Positions 15,122 to 62,930 of a DNA stretch of 64,000 nucleotides are shown here, in pieces; the first letter of the stretch is position 1, and each line of letters opens with the position of its first letter. The notes under the pieces were generated by a model that was not told the DNA's origin, did no database searches, and saw only the letters and a program-made list of their open reading frames with translations. A program made the position numbers and the translations under genes. Source of the stretch: Chrysomallon squamiferum (taxonomy: Eukaryota; Animalia; Mollusca); the NCBI GenBank assembly GCA_012295275.1, contig CM022673.1:18352001-18416000 (forward strand). The letters are read 5' to 3'.

Positions 15122-15295
15122 GGGCACTGGTTGGAACATGAGATGCACTAAGAAGGTTCGATCCCGCTACATGTCAAATAGGTAATCTTTGATAAATGGA
15201 ACACTGGTATAATGAGAAATAGTTGAAGATTTGATCTTACGAATATCACTCCTACAACAAGTTTAGTACCACGGAAGTACTCACTGCTCTCACAG
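15122..15295 (-). mobile_element. Decayed tRNA-derived SINE fragments
   Basis: GCACTGGTTGGAAC..GAGA..GGTTCGATCCC followed by a second similar degenerate block. Resembles the reverse complement of invertebrate Nin-domain SINE heads as I recall them; not database-checked. Confidence 0.35.
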
Positions 15296-16495
15296 AAAGA
15301 CAAATACGCATATATTTGTAAAGTCTGTGACTCATCAGTAATTTTGTGAAATTATTCAGCTTTGCCTGTGTGTGGTCATTCTGCATAGAAATAATGAAAC
15401 AGAAATTTTGTATTTCATTCTAGAATTTGACAATAACTCCATGTCTCGAAACATTTTCACAGGATAGTATAGAAATTTTTATTTTTATATATCAGTGGTA
15501 AAACGCTAGGTAGGCATTATCATCTCATCTCAGTGCTGTTTTTTTGTTCATTGATGTAAAAATAGCTGACACAACAGCTGATTTTAGCAGGTCATTGTTT
15601 ATTATTACTCAAACAAAACTTGTTCTAAAGTGTTTATTTCTGAATGACTTTATTTGAAATTTGTAACAGTGGTTTATGTAACGAGGTAAACATGGACGTT
15701 GACCTTGACCTTGTTCTATTTCCGGTGCAAAAGAACGAATTTCACAGTACATTAAAATCGGTGCTGCCAGTGTCATTTTGTGCAAGAATTAAACCGTGAA
15801 GACAGAAACATATCTGTATAATAACCAAGAAAACAAATTTACTCAAGGAAGACGTAGAAGAAGAAAGCCTTTCTAAATTAAATTTGAAATAAAGTACAGC
15901 CTTTAAAAATCGCTCCATCATGGAGTCATTTTCGAGCATGTTTCCCTGAATGCAGCGTCATTGACAACATCAGTGGCAGCCGGCGTAGTTGGTGCTGATA
16001 TATTTAAGACTGTGCGAATGTTGCTGATTATTCTGTACTTACAAATACATTTCTAACGCAGCTCTGGTCGACCGGTGTGGCGCTGGCTGTAATTAGCTAA
16101 ATCCTCGATGCATTTTTCTGTCTTCTGCGCGGTATAATGGACGCGAACTTTATGGAAGAGTTAAACATAAGGATTAGCACAAAGTAGAAGGACAAACACT
16201 AAGACGAAGCACTTTGGTCTGTGATGAGTCACGTGAAATACCTGTTACAGAGTTACTGAAAATATTCACTTCGTGAAGAAAAAAGTTAAATGATTTTTGT
16301 TTTTAATGTAAACTTTCTTTAAAACAACCAATTCGTTTTATATTAAGTTATTAAAATGTATTTGTTTGTTCTTTCTTTCTTTTAATCTATCAGTCAATTA
16401 ATTAATCAATTTATTTATTTATTTGTTTGTTTATTCATTATTCTTTTTATATTTCTCTCTTTTGTATCATGTTTCTTGATGCAAGACACCATCAA

Positions 16496-16552
16496 ATAAA
16501 CTACTATTTTCGATTAGCAGTAAGAAATGTATAAAATAAACCTTCCCAGAGA
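16496..16552 (-). mobile_element. Decayed SINE core fragment (Nin-domain-like)
   Basis: CTACTATTTTCGATTAGCAGTAAG..CTTCCCAGAGA resembles the reverse complement of the core TTGCTGCTAATCGAAAAGAGTAG, recalled from invertebrate SINEs; needs a Dfam/Repbase check. Confidence 0.4.
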
Positions 16553-16803
16553 AGCGATACAGTGCTGATGCGTAAATATTTATTTATTTGTAAACTGTTT
16601 AATCATATCACTACAGACGTAAGACAGAAACAATTAAATACAGTAGTTTTTCATACATCAGTTGTCTGACAGGAACCAGAAATAAGTTTAAAACTGCTCT
16701 GAAGAGAATCGATCACGTGCTGCCTCTAACGACTAAGCCTTGATAATTCTCTTCATTTTGGTTTTATTTTTCAACGATGAAACGTATAACAACAGTCTCA
16801 CAG

Positions 16804-16939
<136 letters not shown>

Positions 16940-17851
16940 CATGAACTGATAGAACAGGAGCCAGTTTGATCGATTGTGTAAAAGAATTATTCAGACAAAT
17001 CTGTTTATTTATTGAGACTTCATCTGATTGATTATCCAGCTTGGATTTACAACTAAATAGACAGATATTATATCGTTCTTTTTATCAATAAATGGATGAC
17101 TGAAAGAATATTTATTTAACAATTCTTCAGTGCATTTTAATATTAAAGGTAACTTGATATGTGGATTTCTTTATAAAGATAATACCAACAAAAACACAAC
17201 TTCATTCCGCTAAATTTAAAAAAAATCGATAAGATTCAAGAGATGTTCTCTGTCCATGTACGTTTATGCTGGTAGAAGTATCATAACCTATAATATAGGA
17301 ATCGTGTATTAGGAAATAACAGAGGTAATTTAATTTGTCAGGGTATAATCTTAAATGTTTAATTCCTGTATGAAACCGAGTCTTGGAGGACTGCCAGAGA
17401 TGCTCTGATTCGCGGATTAAGGTTTCCAGTAAACAAATTATTTATTATAAATTTCGTCCATTTAAAAAATCTGCAGAAAGTTTCGTTAAATAAAATGTTA
17501 GTGCAGACGTAAGTGATTGTATAATAAATATTTTATGTTTAATATCTCTAAGCTGTCCAGCTGTTGACAGTTTTGTCTATGACAGGAAAAGAGATAAAAT
17601 CTGTTTTTCTTTATATATAAATATATAATTATGTTTGTTTGTCTGTGTCTCTGTCTATCTGTATGTATGTTTGCATGTATGTATGTCTGCATTTACGTTT
17701 GTATGTATGTCTGTATGCATGTATGTTTGTGTATATTTGTTTGTGTGTATGTATGTTTGTATGTATGTATGTAATGTACATATGTACGTGTATGTATGTG
17801 GATGTGTATATATATGTGTGTGTGTGTGTGTGTGCGTGTGTGTGTTTTCAC

Positions 17852-17912
<61 letters not shown>

Positions 17913-18063
17913 CATGTATACATTTCATATATATCCTGATTTTAAACTTAAGAATCAAACACTTAAGAACATTTACATCACTAAAAATAAACGTTATTTT
18001 ACTTAATCCATTTATTGGTAATAAAACAGAAGTTATATTTTAAAGTGCCTATTGTCCAGATAT

Positions 18064-18127
<64 letters not shown>

Positions 18128-19092
18128 GCAACAAAGGATGTTTCTGTAATTGACAGTATATTGAAATAATAAACTTCTTTACTTCTGTCATTGTATTTTG
18201 GATTAACTGTCAGTATTAATTGTTCTCTCTCTTTCTCTCTCTAATTCTCAATGTATTTATCTACCTGTCTCTGTCTTTCTCTCTATTTGTTTGTCTATCT
18301 ATCTATTTATCTATCTATTTACCTATCTCTGTATCTATCTATATGTGTGTGTGCCGTTTTCTGTTCATCTGTCTATCCATATATCAAATATCTATGCATC
18401 TATATTAATATCTGCATGTCCGCCAATCCAACCATCCATCCGTCTTCCTGTCTGTCTCTTCTTCTGTATAAATCTCTGTTTTTTTCTCGCTCATTGTTTC
18501 CCAGTATGATATTTGTACACTAGATGTCAGTTATTACATACACTTGTACGAATTAATCCAGCACCATTTAAATGCACAATTTATCTGTCAGTCTTATTCC
18601 GTGTATTTCAGATAGCTAATCTTTCCATATTTCATCACGTTCCAGTAACTAGTTTCTATATATCTAAACTACGATGCCACAAAAAAAAAACATCTCTCAC
18701 ATTTGATTGGTTAATTCCACCAAGACGTTTTCCGGCGAGTGCCAGGATACGCGATACTTCGTCACAACGACCTTTGTATTAATATTCTTAATTGTGTTAT
18801 TCTAGTCAATCGTTTTCTAGCTGTTTTATCGCTACTTAATAACAACAGCGGCCACTTCGATACCTCCGAGTTCCGCCAGAGACTAGGAGTAAACGACTTG
18901 GCCAGACAAGTTGATTTTCAATAACACTGCCATGCTTTGAGCCGATATTAAAGGGCTTCTCGGCTTATCCTGGGTAATTCCTTTGACAGTGAAACCGTTT
19001 TTATTGACTCTCATGATGAAAAATCGTCTGTGTTTCAGAAACTATGTAGAGGGCAGAGTTTGATTACCGCGCTGGTACACAAGAGATAAGAA

Positions 19093-42568
<23,476 letters not shown>

Positions 42569-42631
42569 TGTTGTGTCGCTATGGTTACGTGACGCTGATA
42601 TGAAACAATTAGTGCTGGAAGAAACTTAAAT

Positions 42632-42825
42632 TTCCTAAATGTATTGTCGATATTTCTAAAAAGTGGGGTCGAAATTTTTAAAATGTATTGTCGATTCCTA
42701 AATATGTTGTCGACATTTTCAAAATATGTTGTCGACATTTTCAAAATATGTTGCCGATATTTCCAACGTGTGTTGTCGGCAATTCCATAAGTTGTTGTCG
42801 GCAATTCCATAATGTATTGTTGACG
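42632..42825. repeat. Degenerate 22-bp tandem repeat (TATGTTGTCGACATTTTCAAAA) in the GPCR 3' UTR
   Basis: About 8 imperfect units beginning ~65 nt after the stop codon. Confidence 0.85.
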
Positions 42826-43252
42826 GTTCCAAACTGTGATTAATCATTTTCAGTCTAGCTGATGGTGTTGACAGCTTCACACATTCAAAAACTTAAGGTA
42901 TCAACTTCATTTCATAATGTTGACAATGCCGAAGTAATGTGTTCACAGATCCAAACATGGATGTTTTCAAAGTACATTTTTGTCTCTTCAGACAGATCGT
43001 TCACATTTCTAAAACTCGCGGACCAGAGATCAACGGTTTGTTGTACAAAACAAATCCAAGCGAAACTGTTGTGTCACTCTGTGTGTGATGAGACACACTC
43101 TACATATCAGTGAACACTGAGTTACACAAAGTCTGTTATAACTAAGTGTTTCATTTCATTTGCAGTTTATTAAATAACTATAACTATATATATAATTCAT
43201 TGTAAACTTGATGTTTATACGCAATTAAGTAATAATAATGATGAAGCTGTAA

Positions 43253-43293
<41 letters not shown>

Positions 43294-43714
43294 TGCGCGT
43301 GCGAGGAACTACAAACATGTTTTTCTAAAAATAAATGTTTTTTATCACCACCTAAATATAAACATATCTTATAGTGAAAAAAAGAAAAGCAAAAAAAAGA
43401 AAAAATTTAAAAATTAAAATCTTTCTGCACCCTAAAACTGTGACAGTTAAATTCACATAACACAACAAAAGATCGTAAAATGCTTTCTCCCTAAAATCTT
43501 ACAGCATTCAACTACTTATGTATAAATGTTAATGTGTGAAACAGTCTTTGTGGCTATTTTCATTATCTGTTTTGTACAATACTGTACCAGGAGTCATTTT
43601 ATCACTATATTATACTCAGAAGATCGCTTACACTTTCCCCTGTGTTACCGTTGTAACTACATTCATGTTTTTTCTCAAACATCAAGCTACAAACAATTCC
43701 ACTGTGATTTAGTG

Positions 43715-43720
43715 AATAAA
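43715..43720 (+). terminator. Candidate poly(A) signal of the GPCR (alternative at 43330)
   Basis: AATAAA followed by GT/T-rich downstream sequence. AATAAA is frequent in this AT-rich DNA, so support is weak. Confidence 0.35.
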
Positions 43721-43876
43721 TAAACGAGTCGTTTTGTCAGAAGATACTTAAATATGTCAACATTGTTGTATTTGTCACTGTAAGAAAGTTGTGTTTGTTT
43801 TAAAATATTGGAAGCCACCATATTGTGTCAACTGATGTATTTGTTAATACTGCATATCAAGCTGAAATTAATATTT

Positions 43877-44003
<127 letters not shown>

Positions 44004-44206
44004 GACAACTGCCATATATTTGTTATTATTCAGTGAGAATCATATTTAATCGTGATTTGTTTTCTTCTTTTTTGTAAAAATAAATTGTTTTGTTATGAAT
44101 ATTTATTAGTTTGACGTAAACATTTGATATTGTTGTGTATGAATTCCAGAACAATGAATATTTGAATAAATTTCTGTTTCTGTTTTCTTTCACGGTATCA
44201 GTTTGA

Positions 44207-44379
<173 letters not shown>

Positions 44380-44403
44380 AATAAAAACAAACACTGATGA
44401 ATC

Positions 44404-44419
44404 TTTATTACGATTTATT
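44404..44419 (-). terminator. Candidate poly(A) signals of the dehydrogenase gene
   Basis: Two minus-strand AATAAA (44404-44409, 44414-44419) followed on the minus strand by GTGTTTGTTTTTATTGT. Another candidate lies at 45173. Confidence 0.35.
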
Positions 44420-45294
44420 AGTTATATATCTCAAACATTTACATCAAAAAGTTCGTTACTGTTACAACAATAAACTTCTCACAGGGTAAATTCACAGTAT
44501 AAATATATTTTGGAAAACGTGTATATATGTGTGTAAATACTGGCATGTATTTTCTGAATATAACGGTAGATAACTGAAATCTTTTTTGATTGGATTGTCT
44601 AAATATTGGAAGCTTGATGCTTATATGATGTTAGGACTGTTTACGTTAAAAAATGTTTTACATATCACAACATGACATATTTCTGATAAATATTTGAAAA
44701 AACAATAAGTATAAAAAAGTGCGATTTAATAAATAAATAATAATGTAATGTAATATTATTTACTTTAATAAACGAATGTGCGATTCTTCGGTTTAAAGCA
44801 TTATTATTTACTTGTGCATTGCTCACAGTTTAATGTAATATTACTAATTTATTAAAAAATGTGTGACTTTTCATTTAATAAAACATAACGGAATTTAAAA
44901 ATTAATCACCCGCTCTAAGTAACTCAGTGTAAATTTTACACCTCGTTTCTCTAATGAATATCCCATTATCACCAAACACTAGACGAGCCCTTCACAAAAA
45001 AAAAAAGATAAAAAAAAAAAAAAAAAAAAAAAAACAAAGGAAGAAAAAAACGAAAAAAAAAACGGGAAAGAAAGAAAAAAGATAACGAAGAAAGGCTGGA
45101 CTAGATCCATCCCAACTGACCTAACATGAACATAAAAGATGATTATGCAATATCTAGATATAGAACGTTTCTTTTATTAATCGAACTAATGACTTGTATA
45201 CGTTTACTTCAAGAACAAGGTAAGTTAACTCGTGGGAGAGTGTTGTGAAGAAATATTTAGTTCTGAAAGTGACAAACTTTCGGCTGTGATGTTT

Positions 45295-54429
<9,135 letters not shown>

Positions 54430-55080
54430 CTGTAAATCGAAACAGAATGATGAAAAATAGTTCAGATAATCACTTATTACTTTAACTATGATGTAATAAG
54501 GTAACTACCGACAACGTATAATAATTATACTACAAAGTGACAGGTCAGCTTATGAAGTGTATTTATTCAAATTTTTAAATTTATACCTACGTTTTCATAT
54601 CCACTTGAAATAATAGTTGTAACAGTTTCGAAGAGCCACATATATATGTATATTATACATACCCATACACACACATTTACCTAACAGATCACGCCTCTCT
54701 AGTCTCATCTACCTGACCGCAGTCTACGTACTACAGTTACCGTGTCATTGTGACTCAGTAAATCATATTATCTTTCTTTGGACTGTATTTATTCACGGAG
54801 AGGAAAAACAAAACAAAAAAACATTATATTTTGTGACATGGTAAATAAAGCTCGCGAAATATATTTTATATTTGTACACATTTAAATTATTCTCTGAGCA
54901 TTACTGATTCAAAACAACAAAGACATAAATAATAATAATAAAAAGTTGTGCATTAAATTTTATTAGTTTCATTGATTAAGTATTTAAATATTGTGATATA
55001 TTACTTTTAGTTCATTACAAACTCCTTTAAAAAGAAATATTTATTTATGAAGAAAAATATAATATTTATACTCTAAATAA

Positions 55081-55157
<77 letters not shown>

Positions 55158-55377
55158 CTTTATTTCTTTCTTTCACCAATATAAACTGTGTACATTTGGG
55201 AAACAGTAATTTTATCTGACATAATAATAACAGTACTAATAAGAGGGGAAAAAATACAGTTATAAGGAAATAATTTTATAAGACATGAAAGAAAACTAAT
55301 CATTAGAAAAAACACATATTTTCTACATTAACACACACAGAAAGTGTAAGACGTTTCTACATTTGTTATTTGTTCAC

Positions 55378-55460
55378 CTGGAGCGTACTGGAACCTGTTT
55401 ACGCAGACCTCAGTGTCAAGGTCGGTGCACCTCATTTGGGTGTCTGTCAATATAACTACA
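55378..55460 (-). promoter_or_regulatory. Candidate non-coding first exon and core promoter of the dehydrogenase
   Basis: The coding ATG sits right after a 3' splice site, implying an upstream exon. A GC-richer block ends in CCAG|GTGAAC at 55378, with a TATA-like GTTATATTG near 55448-55456. Confidence 0.4.
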
Positions 55461-55568
55461 CAGACGACATAATGACCCATTTATTCACAGTCAGTGTCAA
55501 GGACGGATAATTATAATATTGTATGACAGGCTTGCTTCGTTCCGTTTACGTTTTATTATTATTATTAT

Positions 55569-55604
<36 letters not shown>

Positions 55605-55930
55605 TAGTAATATAAATGATATTCAAAATTATATTCAGAAAAGTAATCTCGTCAACGTGATGAACTGACTGTTGCGACACGTCATGTCCCACGTTGTCGC
55701 TACCACCTGTTGTCTCAGCGAATGAACTGTTTGAGGTTGTATTTAACAATACATGTTTAACGTTTGCAGTTACATGACTGATTAATTATACACTGGTAAC
55801 AACACTAAGCAATAAATTAAACCGAATAGCAAAATATTAAATGCAGTATTATTTTAATAAAATAAATTTTACAGTAAGAAATAATAGTCTCTTTATTTAT
55901 TTATTTATTTATTTAAATCTATTATTATTA

Positions 55931-55975
<45 letters not shown>

Positions 55976-58135
55976 TATATATTTATTTATTTATTGTTAT
56001 TGCGCGCAACAGTATATCTGTATTTGCAGTGAGACACGATATACTTAAAAAATATTTTACTTTATACTATTTAATTAAAAACAATGATAGGTAGTTTTGT
56101 GAGGCTGATATCTATCTGATAGGGATGTACATGTGGTATTGAAGAAGTTAGCAGTCATGATGGTTTGTGCTAACTGAGGGTCATTCTTAGACGTAGAAGA
56201 TGAAATCAATACCAATTTTCACAGCCTCTGGTTTTACACATTAACATCTCAACAGTCGCAAAATAATCTTACTTCAGCGTCAAAGTACATAGGAACGATA
56301 CCGAGACAAACCCAAATTTATATCACAATGGTTTAATAAATATTTTTAACTGGGGCGGTTATGAACTACTTTGTATTCAAACTGGAAGGATGTAGGATCA
56401 ATGTAAAGTTCTGTCAGCAATAGATTTGTCAGAACGGTCTGATAAAAACTGAATTGACATCGTCGTGTTGGAAGGTTCAATTCCAAGTGTAGTCAGATCT
56501 AAATGTCCTGGTTACTGTCAGTCAGAATGGTTCGATAAATATCTGTTTTCTTCCAGCCAAAGGTTCTAAGATCAATACCGCGTCTAACCACAAGAAAATG
56601 GAGATAAATGTTTGAGCTGCATTATTTCTTTAGGAACAGTTTTAACTGAACTGAAAATCTAGCAGTGCAACAATCAGAAAAGATTTTTGAGTCTTTGATC
56701 AATTAAAACAACTCAGAGACAATTGTATTATCTTACGTTTTATAATAAATAAGTAACTGTTTTTTTTATAAACAAAACTTGCTTGGTAAGGACAACTAAA
56801 TAAATCTTTATTGCATTTTCTAATGTCTTTCAAAATTTGAGATACGGTTCCCTTCCAAAAGTAAATAAATAAATAAATAATGGAAGACAATTTTTCAAAA
56901 ACATTTATTACGATTCAAGATATATTTAATAAAATACATAATACGATATATTAATGTTGTGTCTTTTCCTTTTTTTTTTTTTTTTTTTTGTTATTGTTGT
57001 GTTTACCGCAAAATGTGTTTATTCCTCTATGGTAAATAGGTCAGTACGTAGTTTCCACGGTTGTTTCTATTTTTTACTTCTCAGAGGTAACCTATTTCAG
57101 TATTTTTACGTTCTAACTGACCCACGAGAGTTTGTCTTTCCTTTCCAAATGACCCAGTGTCAGAAACAGCAACTTGTTTATTGCGTTGTTGTGGTGGTGG
57201 TTTTGGTGTTGTTATTACTATTCATTACAGTGTGTCTGTGACTGTGTGCATGCGTGCGTGAATATACCACAATGATATTTCCTTTCTTTTCTCCTTTTTT
57301 TTTTTTCTAATTCATTAATGCGATTTTTAAGATTCCATATACAAATTACCATAAACGTTTTCAGCTTTTTTTTTTTTTTTTTTTTTTTTTTTCATTCTTT
57401 TTTAAGATTTTCTTGTCAAAAATATAGCTAATCAGTCAAAATTCGAGCAACATAACTTGTTATTGGTTAATGTGGCATATACATTTATAAAAAAGACAAA
57501 ACTAAAATGCTATTATTTAGGCATTGCTTTTCTTTTTTTTTTCTTTTTTTTTTGTTTATTGTTTTTCTTGTTTGTTTGTTGTTGTTGTTTTTTTTGTGTT
57601 TAGAAAACCCAATCCCTTGCGTCATATTTCGGATTTCCCATTCCAATTTTGTACTGGTTGCCGCAGGATTCATTACATCCACTCTTCGCATTCGCAGCCA
57701 TTTCTCACATGCATTTTTTGTCCACCTCACAACGCATAACGCATGTCGCATCCGTTTATCGCGTTAATGTAATCTTTAACTTAATTGAAAATTAAATGGT
57801 TGAATGTGTTCGTGTGTTCTTTCTAGTAATGTTATCTAACCTGAACTTTGTGAGACCTCAGAATAAACAGAGGTTTATCAGACTCGTAAATTTAAAAACT
57901 GACTGACTGTAGAGAGGCTGGGTTATGAGGGTCAAAGGTCTAGTCAAACAAGACACGTGACTTGACAACAGAATAATTAAACAAAAACAACCCCCCAGGT
58001 GAAGTTCAAACAGTAATAGATCAATGTCTGAATTAATTCAGCCGTGAAATAGAAGGGACAATTTAACATTATAAATTTGTGATTTAAAACTGTTAATAAT
58101 CGGAACTTAAAGTTTTATTTGATTAATCGTTACAC

Positions 58136-58169
<34 letters not shown>

Positions 58170-59043
58170 TTATAAAGCAAACAAATATTTTCATTCAACT
58201 TAATTAGTGTCTTTTTAACAAATTATTTTTATACTTTATTTTTAATATATTCATAGAAAACATTAAACAACTAAACACAAATGTATGTTCATCAAAAATG
58301 TATCGACATGGTTACATTATCAGTACATTTTACAAATAATAACGTGTATTTTATTTATATCGTTCAGATAACTCACATATATATTACATATGTACACTGA
58401 CACAGTTATGTCAGTGTTATCTGTTTAAGTATCTTACATACGCTTTACTACGTCTTAGGTCAATCTACAACAGGGTATGTAGTCTGCAGTAAACAACATC
58501 AATATTATTGTACTTCTTATATTTTCTGTAGTATTTTGAACAAGAATGTCAACAAATTACACATAACTATCCTTCATTTATATTTTGTATATTATTAACT
58601 CAACGAAATCTAGTAATTCATTAACAGAATGTTAACAAACTGCATTTTATTATCCTAATGTTTATATTCTCTGTATTATTAATTCGTATAATAAAATGTA
58701 GTAAATTATTAATACTCGTAAAATAAATGGAATAATTCATTTAATAAATATAATTTCCTTTTCGTATCATGAATTAAACCTATCTACATATTCAGATGTT
58801 ATCTCACGTAGCGTGTATGAAGACTCTTGGGTAGTTTCTTGCACTATATTTTAGGCAATATCACAAAACGAAAAGATGAAAACAACATTGCATCTTCAGA
58901 ATGTAGATAATTACATTGCCAGTAGTAATTAGGCATTAGTCTCAAATTCTTCAAATTCTGTAGTATTTTATCATAAACTACGAAGCAATTCAGAGAAAGA
59001 CAATAAGTCCTATTGTTATATGTCTTACAAAAATAATTAATGC

Positions 59044-59081
<38 letters not shown>

Positions 59082-60318
59082 TAATAATAATAATAAAAGA
59101 AGAATACGACGACGAAGTAGAAGAAGAAGAAGAAATAAATAAATAAGTCTTCACATAACGTTAATGGTAGTAATGTAAGTTACTGGAATACCAGTTTGTA
59201 TTTTCTGTTCTCATTCAACAGTAAACATTTGTTTCAATCACTTAATTCAGGCACATCTGGGTAAAAGCAAAATACTTTATCTCCGATAATTATTAGCAAT
59301 TAGAGGTTTGCACGGACTAGAATGTACTCGAAAATTATTGTCAATGAGTTACCATCTTGTACTATCAATATCTAAAACTGGAGAATTATCGACTGGTCTG
59401 TGATACTGATTGTTAATGACACAGTAAGATGTATCACTAGATAGTTAGTTCTATTAACTAAATTACTTTTAATTCATTACGCAGCCTTGCTGTGTTACAA
59501 CTGTGATAAGGGGGTAATTAAAAACTGTATGTAACGCAGCTCTAACGTATCCGCTTGTTTCTTATTGTTGTTTGGGTCCTTTTGCTATTTTTTGATTTCT
59601 TATTTTCATTTTGATGTTATTTGTTTGTTTGTTACTTTTTTTGTTTTGTTTTGTTTTGTTTCTATGTTTCTTGTTTTTCTGTAACGACCTTCACATAACT
59701 GACTATAATGAAAAAAGACGCTGTTTTGGAAAGAAACGTTGTATTTACTGCCGTTTTTGCCGAGTTATCTTTCTTTTTATGATAATGACAATATTGTGCA
59801 TGCCTTTTGCAGGTCAGTCTGCCTTTTTTCTCCATTTTTATTTTTATTATTTGTTAAAATGTTCTTTCATATTTTGCTGGTTTATTTCTAAATACCGTCT
59901 TATTATTAAGTACTTTTGTGAGGGAAATGGCAACTGACATCCATTGTATCTAAATGTAATATCTGTAACAGTGGCAACCAATAAACTAAATATTGTTTAT
60001 TTTAATAGTCTACGACAAAACATGCGATCCATATAAAAAATAACAGCCCACAGCCAATGTAATTATACATGCTGTAACAGCAACGCTTAAAAACTAACCT
60101 ATCGATTATTACGTGGAAGGTTCTTGATCCTTTCAGACAGGAAGGCGGTTTTATTTTTACTCGCTTTGCCTAGCAACTATTTTACGATGTACGATTTCAT
60201 TTCTCTTACCAAAACAGGTATAATATATGGCGCACTATCAGTAAAACGGTGATGTTCTAACTGGTTTTAATAATTTCATGCATTACTACTACTAATAATA
60301 AGAAGAACAACAGCAACA

Positions 60319-60384
<66 letters not shown>

Positions 60385-60509
60385 ATTCTATGGTGAAATC
60401 ATACATATATGAATGTCAAAATGCAGCATTAACAATATTAAAATTTCCACTCACGGGAACAATAGACTGTTATCTGTTATTATTGAGAGATATCTTTTAT
60501 ATACCAGTG

Positions 60510-60541
<32 letters not shown>

Positions 60542-61104
60542 ACGCAATGTTCTGTAGACGAGACAGCACATACCATGTTTTTTTACAAATCACACCTGTG
60601 GCACACACGTCACACCAGCGTTCTAACCTTGAGTAAAATCCACGCGTAAAATTAATTTAATTTAATTTTATTTTATTTTTTATTATTAGCATTATTATTT
60701 TGTTAAATTATTAATATTCATCCACCTTTTGCAGTTGTGCGATACGAACTGATAAAAAATTAGCTGGAATGGCATGTACACAGATGCGCCTCATTTTACG
60801 TAGTTGATAACTTCAAACTGGCTTCCCGTCATAAACAGTCAAAGATTAGCTTACATTAAAAGACTGGCACACGCTAACATGCGAATTCGATACACGCTGT
60901 CTGATGCTGCTATCGTTTTATATAAATAAATTTATGTGTATATGTTAATGGAAATTTTAAAGGCGCACAAACATTTTATGTACTTACGAATTCTTCTGGT
61001 GGTTTTCTACACCTCTCTTTGTTAATAGTGAAGTAAACAATTAAGCATAGCAATTACAAAAAGTATTTTGTTGTTGTTGTTGTTGTTGTTGTGGTTATTG
61101 TTGC

Positions 61105-61158
<54 letters not shown>

Positions 61159-61899
61159 TACTACTACTACTTCTATTATATTTTTATTATAATTATTATT
61201 ATTGTTCTGGTTTTTGTTATTACTGTTATTATTATTTGATGTAGTAATAATAGTATAGTTATAGTATTCTAAATTTTCAACGAAAGTTTAAAAAATAATT
61301 TTCAAAAAGTAAATAATAAACAAAAAGTTTCTGCTGTTTTAAAATACATTGATTCTGCACCACAGATGAATCATATCGGCACACTGTAGTAATTATGTTC
61401 TATGGTAAAATAACATACATAATGGTTAACAGACTCGAAACAAAGTGGCTATAGTTACACTGTCCGTCTCAAATGACACAAACTTGATCCACTATACTTT
61501 AAACAATTAGTCCACAAAAGTACACGGTTACAAGTGATTTAAAAGATTCGATTGTGCAAATAATGTAATAATGAACATGTACAAGATGACCCAGCTTCCA
61601 GGCCGTATTAATTACTCATGGCCTTGCTTCTAGGCTTTTTAGGTATTACAGCTACTTCAGTCTCTCGCCCCACACCAGGTGACAGCCTGACCCTGGTACA
61701 GTATGTACTAGACCGCAGTGCAGCCGACCTTTAACAATTCTGAGGGTTTCTTGATGAACACTATTCACAATTTTTATTATAAAAAATAATTAATAATTAA
61801 AATATTTTAATGGCGCGAATAGAACTCTTTGTAGTTACTGTTGTTAATTATTAGAGTCAGCTAGTTTGTTTTAATATTATTATTGTTGTTATTTTCTAC

Positions 61900-61902
<3 letters not shown>

Positions 61903-61962
<60 letters not shown>
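61903..61962. repeat. (TG)n microsatellite
   Basis: Pure TG run. Confidence 0.95.
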
Positions 61963-61964
<2 letters not shown>

Positions 61965-62887
61965 GAGAGAAGCTAGACAGATGACGTTTTAACACATTTA
62001 GAAAGTCGTGACTTCACAGAGATTACACGTCATGACATTCATGTAGTGTTGAAACAGTAACTGAGCCATGTGTATTTCGTATCTAACACAGACAGGCTGC
62101 ACCCACGGCACGTTTCGGGTTTTAGGGTACCTTAGAGGTTCCATTAATTGTGTCACGCTCACCTCAAACAGAATCTTTATTCGCTCACATGCCGATAAAA
62201 ATTTCCGACTTAAGAATTAACATAACTTGAAAAGAATTCTTGTTTTTTTTTGTTTTGTATTTTTTTCTATTTTTAATTTATTTTTTACTAATATTTATTT
62301 ATTTATTTTTTATTTTTTATTATTTTATTTTATTTTATTTTGTTTTTTAAATTTTGGAGATATTGTATATAGTGGAGGCAGGGCGCTAGGAACAATAGGT
62401 CTCTGGATCGGCTCCCACTGGCAGATTTTGTCTTTCAAGTGAACACAGAGTAAAAAATGATTTTCTCAGTTCTTATGTATAAATAATTCACTGACCTTGA
62501 TCTAAATTTTAATAAATCTACCAAACATTACAAACTGTAATTAAAAATAATAATAGAACTAGAAACGTGCTCGTAATAAATAATATTTTTAACACGTAAA
62601 GCAGACAGTCTCCAGTGTTCGGCCATATCGATTGTTAGCTGAGGAAACTGCAAACACAGTCCCAGGTCAAGTCTGCTACAATATCGATTTTTTGTCAAAC
62701 CAAAATATTTTTTAATTCTTTCTTTGAACTGAAGATATGAATTCAGAAAACTGACTACTGAAACGATTTGAGGAACATTAAGTTGCTAAACAATATTTTT
62801 CTTGTTATATGTTGTCAAAAATAACAGTAAGAATATATTATTATTTTTTTAAATCTATCAGGATGTTGTTGTTGTTCTTCTTCTTCA

Positions 62888-62930
<43 letters not shown>

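Noticed and set aside
15155-15165. B-box-like GGTTCGATCCC (similar motifs near 20077, 26856 and 56474) as tRNA genes
   Set aside because: No cloverleaf stems can be formed around them. They are better explained as decayed SINE remnants or chance.
57600-57770. GC-richer island with ORFs on both strands
   Set aside because: No recognisable protein motif or convincing splice-site pair. It could be a regulatory element or repeat fragment, but this is unsupported.
61618-61734. 38-aa small ORF MALLLGFLGITATSVSRPTPG... resembling a secreted peptide precursor or first exon
   Set aside because: The hydrophobic stretch is short, there are no dibasic cleavage or amidation sites, and the donor (GTGACA) is weak. 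It is compatible with chance unless RNA-seq supports it.
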